A stretch of 64,000 nucleotides of DNA, taken from assembly GCA_964016885.1 (NCBI GenBank), contig OZ024743.1:202120001-202184000 (forward strand). The letters are read 5' to 3'. Of the stretch, positions 25,540-40,566 are shown piece by piece. This stretch comes from Eledone cirrhosa (lineage: Eukaryota). The position numbers and the translations under genes were made by a program. Below the pieces are notes generated by a model that was not told where the DNA came from, ran no database searches, and saw nothing but the letters and a program-made list of their open reading frames with translations. The first letter of the stretch is position 1; every line of letters begins with the position of its first letter.

Positions 25540-28500
25540 TCTTTGAGTCTCAGTCTTTGATGTTATTTAACTGGAAAGTTTGTTGAAATGAATATCAAGC
25601 CACTACCTGCAACCACAGACATTCAGGACGTATCGAAGGGTTCTTGCTGTTCCCAGCAAGCATGCCTTTTGAAGTGTTCCAAAAAGCGGGGCTGAACTAA
25701 TCTTCTTTAAACATCTTTGGAAACTATTTGAGATAGGACCCAGTGCGCCTATGACAATCGGGACGACCTTGATTTCATGGCAGTTCCAAATCCTTTTTAC
25801 CTCCCACTTTAGGTCCTGGTATCGGTTAATTTTCTCCCTCTCCTTCTCTTGCACTCTCGTGTCGAATGGGCAGGCCACACCCACAATCAGGCACGGTCAT
25901 TTTTCTTTGTCCAAAACCACCAGGTCAGGTCTATTGTGTTCCAGTTTCTTGTCCGTCTGTATCCTAAAATCCCACAGCACCTTCACCTGATCGTTTTCTC
26001 TCACCGACTCTGGATTATGCTCATACCACTTCTCAGAATGTGGTAAATTGTTTACTTTGCATAGGTGCCAGTGGATCACCCTGCCCATCACATCATGTCT
26101 CCAGCCCTTATAGTGAGTTTGGGCTAGGTGTTTACACTCGGATACAATGTGAGCCACAGTCTCCTCTCTCTCTCCACAAACCCTGCACAGTGGGCTAGCC
26201 TCCTCCTTGTAAATATGGTGTTGCAACCACTTCGTTTTGAGGGCCTGCTCCTGCGCAGCCATTAACATTCCTTCTGTAGCCTTTTTAAGGTCTCCTCTTT
26301 TCGACCAGTTCCATGTCTGTGGATCTCTAAATTCAGTTTTCTCAAAGAAGGTACTATGAAGGGATTTTTCATGAAGGCTGCTCTTTCTCCTTGATGTTAT
26401 TTCCTCCTTGGACATCCCCTGGTCTATTGTCCCCTCCTTCAGTACAGTTCTGAGCATTGGCTCCTTACTATCAGTCACGTATTTGTGTAGGTTGTTTTTC
26501 TCCATCTGAACACAGTCCTCTATGCTGATAAGACCTCTTCCACCTTCAGATCTCCTTAAGTAGAGTCTATCGACATCACTCCTCTTGTGTAACATATTGT
26601 AGATAGTCAATAGCTTCCTAGTCTTCCTATCCATTTCTTTTTGTTCAGCAACATTCCATCTCAGAATTCCCGCACTGTACCTAATAATAGACACAGCTCG
26701 GGAATTTACTGCACTTATGACATTCCGACTATTTAGATGTGATTTTAATATGTCCCTTACTCTCCTGATGTATTCAGATCTTATCAATTCTTTCATTTTT
26801 TGGGTTCTTGATGTCATCTGCCTCCAGAACACCTAAATATTTGTATCCCTCATCAGTGTCAATTTCCTTTATCATCTCACCTGTTGGTACCTGGATTCAG
26901 TTGCTACTACTCAATTTACCCCTCTTCATCACTAGGACTCCACACTTATTAACACCAAATTCCATACATATATCATTGCTGAAAATACGGACAGTGTCAA
27001 CAAGTAGATCGAAATCCTTCTCACTCTTCCTAAATTGTTTAAGATCGTCCATGAAGATCAGGTGGTTGTTGGTAAGCTCTCCTTTTCCCAACTTGTATCC
27101 TGCTCTCACTTTTCGCAGTATAATTGTCAGGGGTATCAGGGCAAGGACAAACAACAGAGGGGACAGACTATCTCCCTGGAAGATACCTCTCTTGATCTTC
27201 ACGCCTCCCAAAGATCTCCAGCTGATGTTGATTCTGTTTCCCAGGACTTCATACTTTTGCTCAACAACTGTCTGATGTTATCTGCCATCTTGAAGATCTC
27301 TAGGCTTTTGGTTATCCAAGAATGAGGTACCATGTGGAATGCCTTTTCATAGTCTATTCATCGCATGGCAAGATCAGATTGTCCCCTCTTGCAATTCCTC
27401 ATTACCATCTTATCAATAAGTAGCTAGTCTTTTGTACCACGGGACTTCTTTCGGCATCCTTTCTGCTCGTCCGGTAACAAGTTGTTTGTGTGGAGGTGAT
27501 GGTAGATTTCCTCAGACACAATGCTTGTTAGCAGTTTCCACATTACGGATAGACATGTGATAGGTCTATAGTTGGTAACATCATTACCCTTGATTCGGTC
27601 TTACATTACCAGGACTGTGGTACCCTTTGTCAACCACTCTGGTATCTCACCCGACATCAAGCAGTCATTGAACATGGTTGTCAGTTTCGGGTGGAGGGAT
27701 GTTATATTTTTAATCCAATACCCCTGCACACCATCTGGGCCTGGCGATTTCCAGTTGGTTAGTTTTCTGGCCTGCCCTTTAAGAGTTTCAACTGTGATAC
27801 TTAAATCAGTTTGTTGGTGTGCTTGTTCACTAATCTCGTTTTGTACTGTCTCAATCCACACTGTCTGATCATTATGTTTAACATCCTGCTACCATATTCC
27901 TCTCCGGAATGTCTTAGTTTGTTCCTCCTCAGGGATCAAGTCGTTGCCTCTTTCTTTCTCTTCAAGCTGCCCAAACAACATCTTCTGGTTGTTGTCAAAC
28001 ATGCGGTTCTGTCTATACTGACTGACTCTGCTCTCATACCGCCTAATCTTTGCACTCTTTGCTATAATGCGTTGCTTCAGTTCCTCTATGATAATATTTA
28101 GCCTTTTCCTCCTAGTTTTGTACTTTATTTCCAGTCTATTTTTAGTGTCTATATTTTTTAGTGTCCCATTCAGTAGGGACTCAAGCTTTCCAATGTCATT
28201 TCTCATTTCCTTGATTTGACCATTCAGTCGTTTCTTCCACTAAGGTTCTGATCTTTCTTGTTTGTTGTTTCCTCTTGTGTTTATGCCAAGTAATTCCTCA
28301 CCGCATTTGCTGTTGCTTTGAGGATATTGTTGCATTGGTGAAGGTTCCTCGCCTCAAGGTATGGGATGACTTTGTTTACCTTAGCTGTTGTTTCTTTTAA
28401 CTTTTCCCTGTCTACAAATCTATGGTTCATAAGTTTCCCACTATCATTGTTCCTTTCATCTACCACTAAGTTTAGGATATCAACCAAATCTTCTCCTAGC

Positions 28501-30159
28501 CCGTCAGCATTCATTTCCTCAATGGGCGCATCTTTGTTCCCGATGTTATTTATGTCAGCATTCAGATCATTGTCTGCTTCGGATACTTCCTCCAGTATCT
28601 CAACCTCTTCATCTTCATTTCCCACTGGCTCGTTTGCCTGGCCCACTCCACTCTCCATTTCCAACAATATCTCTCTGCTCAGTTCCTCCAATTCTAACTC
28701 GCTTATCCATCCATTAGTTATTATTACCCTGGCCGACCCGGCCAATTTTTGTTCATCTAATTTAAATAGACCAATCTCGTTCCAGATGTTATGCATCCGT
28801 TTCCTATAGCCTTTTTCCTTGGGGTTACTCTTCAGGTAACATTGCATAAAAGTTCTATTCAATTCATTCATACAGTTGGTTCTTGTCCCTTTGCTTCTTC
28901 TTCTTCCTCCAACACCAGCAGTATTTGTATGACTGCCAAGCTCCTGCTGCTGGGTCAGGGAGTACTTGCTGAGTGAGAGTCTGATACATAACGTTCCAGT
29001 CTCCACTTCACCGTTATTCGAACTGTTTAGGTTCGACATTTAAACACTCATATCGAGGATTGGTGAATGTATGGTTACATAACCACCGGTGATTTCATCA
29101 GCCCCAGTGATTTCATCCCCCCCCCCCCGCCCAGTGATTTCATCACCCCCGGTGATTTAGCGTGGCACCATCACGCTGTAGACGAAGATAAATAAATAAA
29201 CAAATAAAGAGATAAAAACTTTAAAAAATAAACATAAGTTTTATAGTAATGTTTGAATGTCTGACTTAGTTTTTTGTTTTGTTTGTTTGTTTGTTTTTTT
29301 CCTTTGCGTTTTTTCGTTTTACAAGGCAAGTTACATCTGTTACTAGAGTCGTTATTGCTGCTGCTGCTAAGGAAAGTAGGGGTTGCGGTGTTCAACACTT
29401 TTGAAATTTGTGTTTGTTGTTGCGTTTGCTTCTCTCTGTGTTCTGTTCTATAATTTTTCGACTTGTTGCTTATCATTATTATTATTTTTTTCCTTTCATC
29501 ATTACGGGGCTGACAAAACAAAGCACTATCACTACAGCAGGACAATTGCTGACCCCGTGCCAAAAGCAGAAACAATTATTATTATATTATAGTTTAGATT
29601 TGAGATCGTTTAAACTAAAAATTTTGAGAGAGTTTAGAGATACAACAACATAATTATTTTGGTGTTGTTGTTAGCTGTTTGACCGATTCACTAAACCAGA
29701 CTATTTATATCTGTTGATACCTTCCTCGCTTCTTTTCATGTGTAGCGGCACTACCATCATCCCTCTCTTAAGTAGTGGTGGTAGCGATGATGTAGTGGTG
29801 GCGGTGGTGATGGGACAGCAGTACTATTGGAATGGTGCTGGTTTGTATTTGGCTCGATATTTTGTGGTAGTGGTGATGGTGATGGTGGCGGTGGTGGTGT
29901 TGGTGGTGAAGTTATTTGGCTGTTGTTTTCTAGCCATTTTCTTTTCTGACTATAAAATTTCTGGTACAAAATTAAATATTACATATTCGAGCTCTATGCC
30001 ATAATGAGATGCGTGGCCACTTCCTGAGAGTTAAGACTGATATCTTATGTTCCATTTGTAATAAGAATTATTCTATCACAATTGTTTTAAATTTGTAAAA
30101 AATCAAAAACTTACGTGAGCGATTCCATAACACTCTATCCACCATGTGCGTATCTTCCC

Positions 30160-30160
<1 letters not shown>
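25540..30160 (-). mobile_element. R4/Dong-type non-LTR retrotransposon, copy 1 (decayed RT+REL ORF 29039-25603)
   Basis: KSPGPDGVQGYWIK, RGIFQGDSLSPLLF, HLIFMDD, CRVCGEREETVAHIVSEC, RHD, RPDL, VVPIVIGALG; stops and frameshifts; (TAA)n at both ends. Confidence 0.9.

Positions 30161-30252
<92 letters not shown>
30161..30252. repeat. (ATT)n/(TAA)n tract between Dong copies
   Basis: Direct reading; equivalent tracts at ~25521, 34644 and 38627. Confidence 0.97.
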
Positions 30253-30254
<2 letters not shown>

Positions 30255-33200
30255 CTTAAATCTCAGTCATTGATTTTAGTTAACTGGAAAGTTTGTTGAA
30301 ATGAATATCAAGCCACTACCTGCAGCCTCAGATATTCAGGACGTATCGGAGGGTTCTTGCTGTTCCCAGCAAGCATGCCTTTTGAAGAGTTTCAAAAAGC
30401 GTGAAGGGCCAATTTTCTATAACCATCCCTGGAAACTTTTTGAGATAGTACCTAGTGCGCCTATGACAATCGGGACCACTTTGACTTCATGGCAGTTCCA
30501 AATCCTTTTTACCTCCCACTTTAGGTCCTGGTATCGGTTAATTTTCTCCCTCTCCTTCTCTTGCACTCTCGTGTCGAATGGGCAGGCCACACCCACAATC
30601 AGGCACGATTTGTGTTCCAGTTTCTTGTCCATCTGTATCCTAAAATCCCACAGCAACTTCACCTGATCGTTTTCTCTCACCGACTCTGGCTTATGCTCAT
30701 ACCACTTCTAAGAATGTGGTAAATTGTTTACTTTGCATAGGTGCCAGTGGATCACCCTGCCCATCACATCATGTCTCCAGCCCTTATAGTGAGTCTGGGA
30801 TAGGTGATTACACTCGGATACAATGTGAGCCACAGTCTCCTCTCTCTCTCCACAAACCCTGCACAGTGGGCTAGCCTCCTCCTTGTAAATGTGGTGTTTC
30901 AACCACTTCGTTTTGAGGGCCTAATCCTGCGCAGCCATTAACATTCCTTCTGTAGCCTTCTTAAGGTCTCCTCTTTTCAACCAGTTCCATGTCTGTGGAT
31001 CTCTAAATTCAGTTTTCTCAAAGAAGGTACTATGAAGGGATTTTTCCTGAAGGCTGCTCTTTTTCCTTGATGTTATTTCCTCCTTGGACATCCCCTGGCC
31101 TATTGTCCCCTCCTTCAGTACAGTTCTGAGCATTGGCTCCTTACTATCAGTCACGTATTTGTGTAGGTTGTTTTTCTCCATCTGAACACAGTCCTCTATG
31201 CTGATAAGACCTCTTCCACCTTCAGATCTCCTTAAGTAGAGTCTATCGACATCACTCCTCTTGTGGAACATATTGTAGATAGTCAATAGCTTCCTAGTCT
31301 TCCTATCCATTTCTTTTTGTTCAGCAACATTCCATCTCAGAATTCCCGCACTGTACCTAATAATAGACACAGCTCGGGAATTTACTGCACTTATGGCATT
31401 CCTACTGTTCAGATGTGACTTTAATACGCTCCTTACTCTCCGAAGGTATTCAGTTCTTATCAATTCCTTCATTTTTTTGTTCTTGATGGCATCAGCCTCC
31501 AGAAGGCCCAAATACTTGTATCCTTCCTCAGAGTCAATTTCCTTTATCATCTCACCTGTTGGTATCTGGATTCCGTTACTTCTGCTCAACTTACCCCTCC
31601 TCATCACAATGACTCCACACTTACTAATACCAAATTGCATACATATATCATTGTTGAAAATACGGACAGTGTCGACAAGCACATCCTACTCCTTCTCACT
31701 CTTCCCGAAGAGCTTAACATCGTCCATGAAGAGGAGGTGATTGTTGGTAAGCCCTCCCTTTCCCAACCTGTATCCTGCTCTCACTTTTCGAAGTACACTG
31801 GTCAGGGGTATCAGGGCAAGGACAAACAACAGAGGGGACAGATTATCTCCCTGGAAGATACCTCTCTTGATCTTCACGCTTCCCAAGGATTCTCCAGTTG
31901 ATGTTAACTCTGTTTCCCAGGACTTCATACTTTTTCCCAACAACTGTCTGATGTTATCTGCCACCTTGAAGATCTCCAGACTTTTGGTGATCCAAGAATG
32001 AGGCACCATGTCAAATGCCTTTTTGTAGTCTATCCATCCCATGGCAAGACCAGTGTGTCTCCTCTTGCAATTCCTCATTACAATCTTATCAATAAGTAAC
32101 TGGTCCTTTGTACCACGGGACTTCTTTCGGCATCCTTTCTGTTCGTCCGGTAACAAGTTGTTTGTGTGGATCTGATGGTAGATTTCCTCAGACATAATGC
32201 TTGTCAAAAGTTTCCACATTACGGACAGACATGTGATAGGTCTATAGTTGGTAACATCGTTATCCTTGATTCGGTCTTTCATTATCAGAACTGTGGTACC
32301 TTTTGTCAACCACTCTGGTACCTCACCTGACATCAAGCAGTCATTGAACATGGTTGTCAGTTTCGGGTGGAGGGATGTTATATTTTTAATCCAATACCCC
32401 TGCACACCATCTGGGCCTGGTGATTTCCAGTTGGTTAGCTTTTTGGCCTGCCCCTTAAGAGTTTCAACTGTGATACTCAAATCAGTTTGTTGGTGTGCCT
32501 GCTCACCGATCTCCCTCTGTACTTTCTCAATCCGCCCTGCCTGGCCATTATGTCTAACATCCTGCTCCCATATACCTCTCCAGAATGTTTTAGTTTGTTC
32601 CGCCTCAGGGATCAAGTCGTTGCCTCTTTCTTTCCCCTCAAGCTGTCCAAACAGCATATTCTGGTTGTTGTCGAACATGCGGTTCTGTTTATACTGACTG
32701 ACTCTGTTCTCTTTTTGCACTCTTTGCTACAATGCGTTGCTTCTGTTCCTCTATGATAATATTTAGCTTTTTCCTCCTAGTTTTGTACTTTATTTCCAGT
32801 CTATTTTTAGTGCCTATGTTTTTTAGTGTCCCATTCAGTAGTGACTCAAGCTTTCCAATGTCATTTCTCATTTCCCTCATTTGACCACTCAGTCGTTTCT
32901 TCCACCACGGCTCTGCTCTTTCTTGTCGGTTGTTTCCTCTCGCTTTTATACCAAGTAGTTTCCTCACCCTATTTGCTGTTGCTTTGAGGATATTGTTGCA
33001 CTGGTGAAGGCTCCTCGCCCCAAGGTATGGGATGACTTTGTTTACCTTAGCTGTTGTTTCTTTTAACTTTTTCCTGTCTACAAATCTTAGGTTCATAGGT
33101 CTCCCACTATCATTGTTCAATTCATCTACCACTAAATTTAGGATGTCAACCGAATCTTGTCCTAGCCCGTCAGCATTCATCTCCTCAGTGGCCGTATCTC

Positions 33201-34642
33201 TGTTCCAGGTATTATTTATCTCAGTATTCAGATCATTGTCTGCTTCGGGTGGTTCCTCCGTTCTCTCGACCTCTTCACCTTCATTTCCCACTGGCTCGTT
33301 TACCTGGCATACTCCACCCTCCATCTCCAAGCTAATCTCTCTGCTCAGTTCCTCCAGTTCCAGCTCGCTTATCCACCCATTAGTTCTTATTACCCGAGCC
33401 TGCCCGGCCAATTTTTTGTTCATCTAATTTAAATAGACCAATCTCGTTCCAGATGTTATGCATCCGTCTCCTATAGCCCCTCTCCTTGGGGTTACTTTTC
33501 AGGTAACATTGCATAACAGTTCTATTCAATTCTTTCGTCCAGTTGGTTCTGGTCCCTTTCCTTCTTCTTCTTCCTCCGACACCAGCAGTATTTGGTTGAC
33601 AGCCAGGTTCCTGCTGCTGAGCCAGGGAGCACCTATTGGGTGAGAGTCTGTCACATGACGTTCTAGTCTCCATTTCACCGTTATTCGAACTGTTTAGGTT
33701 CGATATTTAAACACTCTTATCAAGGATTGGCGAATGTATGGTTACATAATCATCTGTGGATTCACCGTCTCCGGTGGTTGCGCCGCTCCACTTGGCTCTT
33801 GTGTGGCATTATCACCACGCTGTAGGCGAACACAAATAAACAAACAAACAAACAGGCAGAAAAAACCCAAAAATGAATAAGCATAAGTTTCATTTTAATG
33901 TAGTGTTCGAATGTCTGACTTAGTTTTTCCCCTCTCTTCTCTGTCCGTCCGCTTGTTTCTCTCTTCATTCTTATTTTCTTTACGTTTTTTTTTGTTTTTG
34001 TTTTTCTGTTTGTTTTTCTCTTTTTTTGTTGTTGTTGCTGTGCTGCTTTGGTTTTAATGTTTGTTTTTTCTTTTGAGTCTATCTATATATGTTGATGCCT
34101 TCCTCTTTTTTAGTAGGAATTCTATAATGTGGTGGCAGCAATTAGCAGGAAGCAATGGGAGAGAATAGCGGCGGTAGCGATACTGAGACAGTGGTGGTGG
34201 TGATGTCGATACTGAGGCAGTGGTGGTGGTTATGTGATCGTATTACTGTAGTGATGGTGTTGTAGCGGTGGTAGCAATGAAGGAGTGGTGGCGGCGTTGA
34301 TGGGATAGTGGTAGTAATGATGGCAGTGGCCGTTATCTGGCTGTTGTGTTTAGTGTACACAGAGAGGTGATGGGGTAGGTGGTGTATCTAGTTTCTGGTG
34401 TTGGTGAGATTGGTGTTGTTTGGCTATTCTTTATAGTGTAGACAGAGGAGGGGGGGGGGGGGGTTCTTCTTCTTCCAGTTATAGCCATTTTCTTTTTTGA
34501 ATATACAATGTACAATACAAAGTTGAATATTTGAATATTTGAGCCTTATAACAATATATTTTGGGTCCGAATTTTTTGGGGGCTCAAGCCGGATGCTTTA
34601 CGTAGCATTTGTACTAAGAGTTGTTATTTCACAAATGATTTA

Positions 34643-34643
<1 letters not shown>
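30253..34643 (-). mobile_element. R4/Dong-type retrotransposon, copy 2 (same family as copy 1)
   Basis: [52 protein letters not shown]; colinear with copy 1 including 5' UTR. Confidence 0.9.
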
Positions 34644-34688
<45 letters not shown>

Positions 34689-37600
34689 TGCATTTATCTT
34701 GCTTTATGTTTATACGAGTTATCACCAAGTCACAACCAGTGACCTCAAGAGACAACAAGGTCCGCCATGTTCAAGAAAGGACACACATATTCACACATGC
34801 ATCCTTAGTGTTTAGACTTGTGATGTACTTATATTGACAGGATCTTCCTTAGTATATGGGCAGTTCCCATTAGTACTATCTTTTGTATTTCTCCTATACG
34901 CGGGTTTCCTGGGATTTGCGATAAGTAGTCGTTAGACCCCTTAGGTATCATTCCCAGAGCGCCTACAACCACTGGTATTGTTTTAGTTCTCAATTTCCAC
35001 ATTTTTCCAATTTCTATCTCCAGGTCCTTATACTTGCTCAATTTTTCAAATGTTTTTATAGATACATTCTTGTCTATTGGAACAGACATATCAATTAGCA
35101 GGCATACCCTCATTTGAAAGTCCTTCAATATTATATCAGGTCTATTTGCATCTATTTTTCGGTCTGTTTGGATGCTAAAGTTCCACAAGATTGAGATGTG
35201 ATCTTTTTCAAGTATGGGAGGTGGTTGATGCTCCCACCAATTCTTTTGATGGGGCAGGTCAAAATGCTTACACATTATCCAATGTATGTATTGTGCAGCT
35301 CTGTCATGCCCGTTTAGGTATTCGGTTGGAGCTGTAGGACTGCACATACACGGCATAATGGGCTGCATCCATTTTTTATTATGTTGGCTTGGTAATTTTT
35401 TTATTGGCAGACACTGATCTTGTGCTGATATAATCAGTCCTTCAGTCTCCGATTTCAGTCCAGAGGATGCCAACCACTGATGGGTTAAAGTTTTGTCAAC
35501 ATCAGGATTGTTAGCTCGTTCTGGGTATTTTCCATACAGAGGCTTTTCTTGCCATTTCTTAGCCAGTTTCTTTAGCAGTTCATTCTTTGCAGTTACTTTT
35601 ACCTGCTTTGCTTTTTCTGTGTTTTCCATTTCAGCAGTAAATGGGACTTCTGAAATTTGTAGTCCATTACTGTATCTTTGTGCATCTTTTGTAATAGAAT
35701 ATGATCTTTTGATGCTTTCGTGTTTCAAAACGAGTTTGATCATCCAATCATGTGATTCCCTTAGATATGTAGATAATCCAATTGTTGCAGTTTTCAACGC
35801 AATATCTAACTGGATTAACCCACGAACTCCTTCTTTCCTAGGGAGATATATTCTATCTGTATCTGCCTTAGGGTGATGCATTCTGTGCCTTGGTTAAGAA
35901 TTTTCTCATTTTTGTAACGAGCCTACGGATCTCTGTGCTTGACAAGTTGATGACATTGTAACTGTAGGTTACTACTGGTATGGCAAGCGTGTTTATGGCA
36001 TCGATCCTATTCCTTGCATTCAATACCGTTCTTAAGATTGCTCTTACTCTGCGGTAACATTCCTTCCTTATCCTTTCCCTCATTGTCGAGTGCTTGATTC
36101 CGTCTCCTTCACAAACACCTAGATATTTGTAAGTTTCCTCTTGATCAAGTTCTCTTATCACATTCCCCCGATCAAGATTAATGTCTGAACTTTTCAGCAG
36201 CTTTGCTCTGGTGAACGTTGCTTTGGCGCATTTATCTAGTCCAAACTCGATTTTAATGTCATTACTGAACTACTCCACAGTGGATAATAGCCCTTGCAAT
36301 TGTTCATCATTTTTTGCAAATAGTTTCAGGTCATCCATGTAGAACAAGTGATTAATGGTTTTGTCATAGACTTTATATCCATGTTTTGTTTCATTGAGCA
36401 TTTTACTTAACGGTATAAGTGCGATGCAGAATAAAAGCGGTGATAAAGAGTCACCCTGAAAAATTCCACAATTAATATTAACTTCTCCAACTTCCAGTGA
36501 TTTTGTTTCACTATTCAAAAGGAGTGTCATTTTCCATGTCTTCATACTGAATGACAAGAACCTCTTGACAACGGGAGATATTTTGAAAATCTCTAAACAT
36601 TTTTCAATCCATCTGTGTGGCAAACTATCGAATGCTTTTTTATAATCTATCCAAGCAATTGATAGATTTTTGTGTCTATTATGACAATCTTCCAGTATCA
36701 TTTTGTTAACCAAAAGCTGATCCTTACAGCCATATGAGCCTCGTTTACACCCTTTCTGCTCAATGGGAAATAGGTCATTTGTTATCAGGTGGTCATATGT
36801 GTATTCAGTTAGGACTGATGTTAAAATTGTATACATTGTGGTCAAGCAAGTTATCGGTCTGTAATTTTGGGGATTGTTTGTCTCATCATTCTTTGGAAGC
36901 AGGAATGTAATGCCGTTAACTAGCCATGATGGTATCTTTTCTGGCTCCTTAACTATTTCATTGTAAAGTTGGGCTAACAGCTCATGAGACTCTGTGAAGG
37001 CATTTATCCAAACATTTGGTATTTTGTCTTTTCCTGGTGATTTCCATTTACTGGTTTTTCTAAGAGCCAAACGCAACTGTTCAACTGCTATATTTTCCCA
37101 TATTTGTTCCTCAAGGTGAGCTGTATCTTTCATTTGTCTGTCTATCCATGGGGCATGTATGTTATGAACTTTTTCTTCGGCCCAGATCTTTTCCCAGAAT
37201 TCTTGCACTTCCTCCTTGGGTGGTATTGATTTAGCAGTTATTGTTGACTTACCAATTTTTCTGTAGAAGTTTCTTTGGTTGTTTTTGAACATATTATTGT
37301 CCTTAGAGAATCTAGATCGTTTTTCAAAGCGCCTTATACGAGCAGCTTTGGCCGACACTTTTTGCTTGATTATTTCTATCAGCATGTCTATGTCACTTGT
37401 TGATTTTATACTATACTTTCTTTTCAATTTTCTAAGTTTAGTTTGTTTAACATGTTCACCTACTTTATAGCTTGTTAAAATGTCTATGTCAGATCGGAGA
37501 AGGTTTATTTGGCGATTGATGTTCTCTTGCCAAGTAGATTTCTTGTGAGAATTCCTTTGTTTTTTCATCTTCACTCCACATAAGTGAGTGGTGACTTTAG

Positions 37601-38625
37601 CCGATGCATAATAGAGATGATTTAAATCCGTAATGTTTAGTTTGTTTCTGATGATAATGTTTTTGAGAATTATGTTAGTCTTGTGTATTATCTTTTGGTT
37701 CTGTTTGGAGTTCTGGATCTTAGGGAGGGTGTCTCGTTTCCCCATGTCAGATTCTTTCATTTTCATCCATTCGATCATAATTTCATCCTTCAAGTTGGCA
37801 AGTTCATTCTCATTCATTTCTTTATCATTTACGATCTCATTATTTTCATTTGGAGTTTCATCTTGAGCATGCACACCCTCCACTTTTTTTATCCTTTCTT
37901 TAATTTGTTCTGTTTTCAGTGATTCTGCCTCAACCCTGGGATTTGAAGTGTTACAATTTGCCTCGTTTTCACTGACACATGTTTCATTTTCCCTTCGCTG
38001 ACTTTGTGCTAATGGCTTGATCTGATCAATTTCTATATCAGTTAGTAACTTTTTTTTAACAATATTTCTTCGTAAATTGGCTAGTTTGTTACTGTCAATA
38101 TAGCCTCTGTTTCGGGGATGTTTCTTTTTCCAGTTGATATATGTCTGTTCTGTATTCGATGTATTTGATGGGTAGTACATGGCAGTGTAGAAAGCCTCAA
38201 TGACTTCTTTATTATCCTCCCTTGACCATTTTTCTCTCTTTTTCTTTGGATTTCTTGGTGGTGAGCATGGAGGGCCAACAGTAGGAGTATTCCGGTTATG
38301 GGAGGTCTCCAGCTCCGAAGTGATGGGAAGGTTTGAACCATTAGCTGATTTTTCGACCCCAGTCTGATTTCTCTCTGAGGGACGCGGCCCTTTTTGACCT
38401 GGGCGACGGCCGATCCGGTATGAGATTTTATCATTTGACATTTACTTTATTTTGTCGCGTTTTATCCTTATCGGCCAAAGGGTAATCATTTCGGGTTACC
38501 ACTTCTAGGACGAGTGTCAACCAAAATTAGAGGGGTCGTCCTCCCCTAGAGACACGGCTATTCCCCGCCGGCCACCATCCCGGTATTTCTTGGTCACGGG
38601 TTTTCTTTTTTTTTCTTTTTTTAAA
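34689..38625 (-). mobile_element. R4/Dong-type retrotransposon, copy 3 (different family; ORF 38441-34829, interrupted)
   Basis: 723-aa segment with [35 protein letters not shown]; then YKYLG, NRPDI..IDMSVP..KYKDL..IPVVVGALG. Confidence 0.92.
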
Positions 38626-38658
<33 letters not shown>

Positions 38659-38659
38659 G

Positions 38660-39410
38660 AAGGCAAGGGCCGTAGCTCTATTCATGCTTTGACGTATAGA
38701 GTTACGGCCCCTGCCATTCTGAGTTCAAATCCCGCCGAGGTTCACTTTGCCTTTCATCCTTACGGGGTCGATAAAATAAAGTACCAGTAATGCACTGGGT
38801 AGTTGCTCGCCTTGTGCCTAACGTAGAAACAATTATTATTATAGAAGGCGGTGGATTGGCAGTATCGGTAGAGGATCGGATGCCATGCTTTGAAGCATAG
38901 AGTTACCTCCCTGTATGATCTCAGTTCAATTCCCGCGGGGTTAACTTTGCCTTTCATCCTTCCGGGGTCGATAGAATAAAGTACCAGTAAAGTACTGGGT
39001 ATGTGCTGGCGTTGTGCCTAAAGTAGAAACAATTATTATTTTTGCTATTAATATTATTATTATTATTGCTATTAATATTTCTACTTTTTGCACAAGGCGA
39101 GCAACTACCCAGTGAATTACTGTTACTTTATTTTATCGACCCTGTAAGGATGAAAGGCAAAGTTAACCTCGACGGGATTTGAACTCAGACCATAAAGGAC
39201 TGTAACTATATATATATATATATCATTGTTTCTACTTTTGGCACAAGGCCAGCAATTATTCCAGTGTATTACTGGTACTTTATTTTATCGACCCTGTAAT
39301 GATGAAAGGCAAAGTTAACCTCGGCGGCATTTGAACTCAGAATGGCAAGGGCCGTAACTCTATGCGTCATAGCATGGCGTCCGACCCTCTACCGGTACTG
39401 CCAATCCACA
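38660..39410. mobile_element. Cluster of about four tRNA-SINE copies (two +, two -)
   Basis: Repeated core ctttgcctttcatcct..ggggtcgataaaataaagtaccagt and its reverse complement. Confidence 0.85.
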
Positions 39411-40079
39411 TATGTATAATGATATATATGCACACACATAATCAAACCGGTAGTAGAGCGTTTAATGTAGCAGTTATTGGAATTAGATTTTGCAATTATT
39501 GATAGATTCATTCATTCAAATTTGAACATTTTATGCTCATTGGTTATCGGGGTTGTTGACCTCACAAATGAAACTCCATAGTGTTATACTTTGTTGAGTT
39601 ACCCACTTGGCTACAGAACTGCTGTTGTTTGAGCACACAAACTATTTGTTTTTAAAATTGCATTGAGAATCACCGTAGGCGATATGAAAAATGAAATTGA
39701 ATTTTATATACATTATCGAAAGTTAAAAGTATTTGGCAAAAAGTAAAATGAAAAAGAACGTATACAGTAGTTCTTCCTACTGTAATGCTTTTATATATGA
39801 TGAGCTTAAAATGTATTAAATAAATTTATGAGAGTTTTCCGCAGAGTTCCACTCAAGACTAATAGTTCAAGCCAAGACAATATTAGAAGAAACTCACCCA
39901 ATATGTTAAACATGAGATTAACTATAGAACGTTTTTGGTGAAACAATGAATACAAACACAATCATATGTATGTATCTGTACATTAACATAAATATATATA
40001 AATATGCACACACACATATATATATATGTATGCTTACACACATATAGATACACACACACAAACACGCATACACACATAC

Positions 40080-40136
<57 letters not shown>

Positions 40137-40483
40137 AGTAAACATGAATATGTATCTATGTATATTATATTATGTATACAAGGGAAGAATAGAATTCTAT
40201 GGTAAATATGTAAAAACTAATGATATGAAAATACAAATTTTGACTTGACTTATCTTTAAGTGGATTTTTGCTCGAACTTTTTTACTCATGAAATTTTCTT
40301 TCTCGGAGCAATAAATTCATTCTCCCTCGATTTATTTAGATATTGTTATTTTTTTTCATCAAAGAGAGTTTGGGTAAGAAACCATATAGAAAATGATAAA
40401 ATAAATCTTCAACTAATAACAAATGTGTGTGTTTTGTTCTTTCCACTTTGATACAGGGCAATATATATATGCAGTAAATATAT

Positions 40484-40566
<83 letters not shown>

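Noticed and set aside
26808-37922. Plus-strand ORFs overlapping the Dong elements
   Set aside because: Antisense shadows of the minus-strand coding sequence
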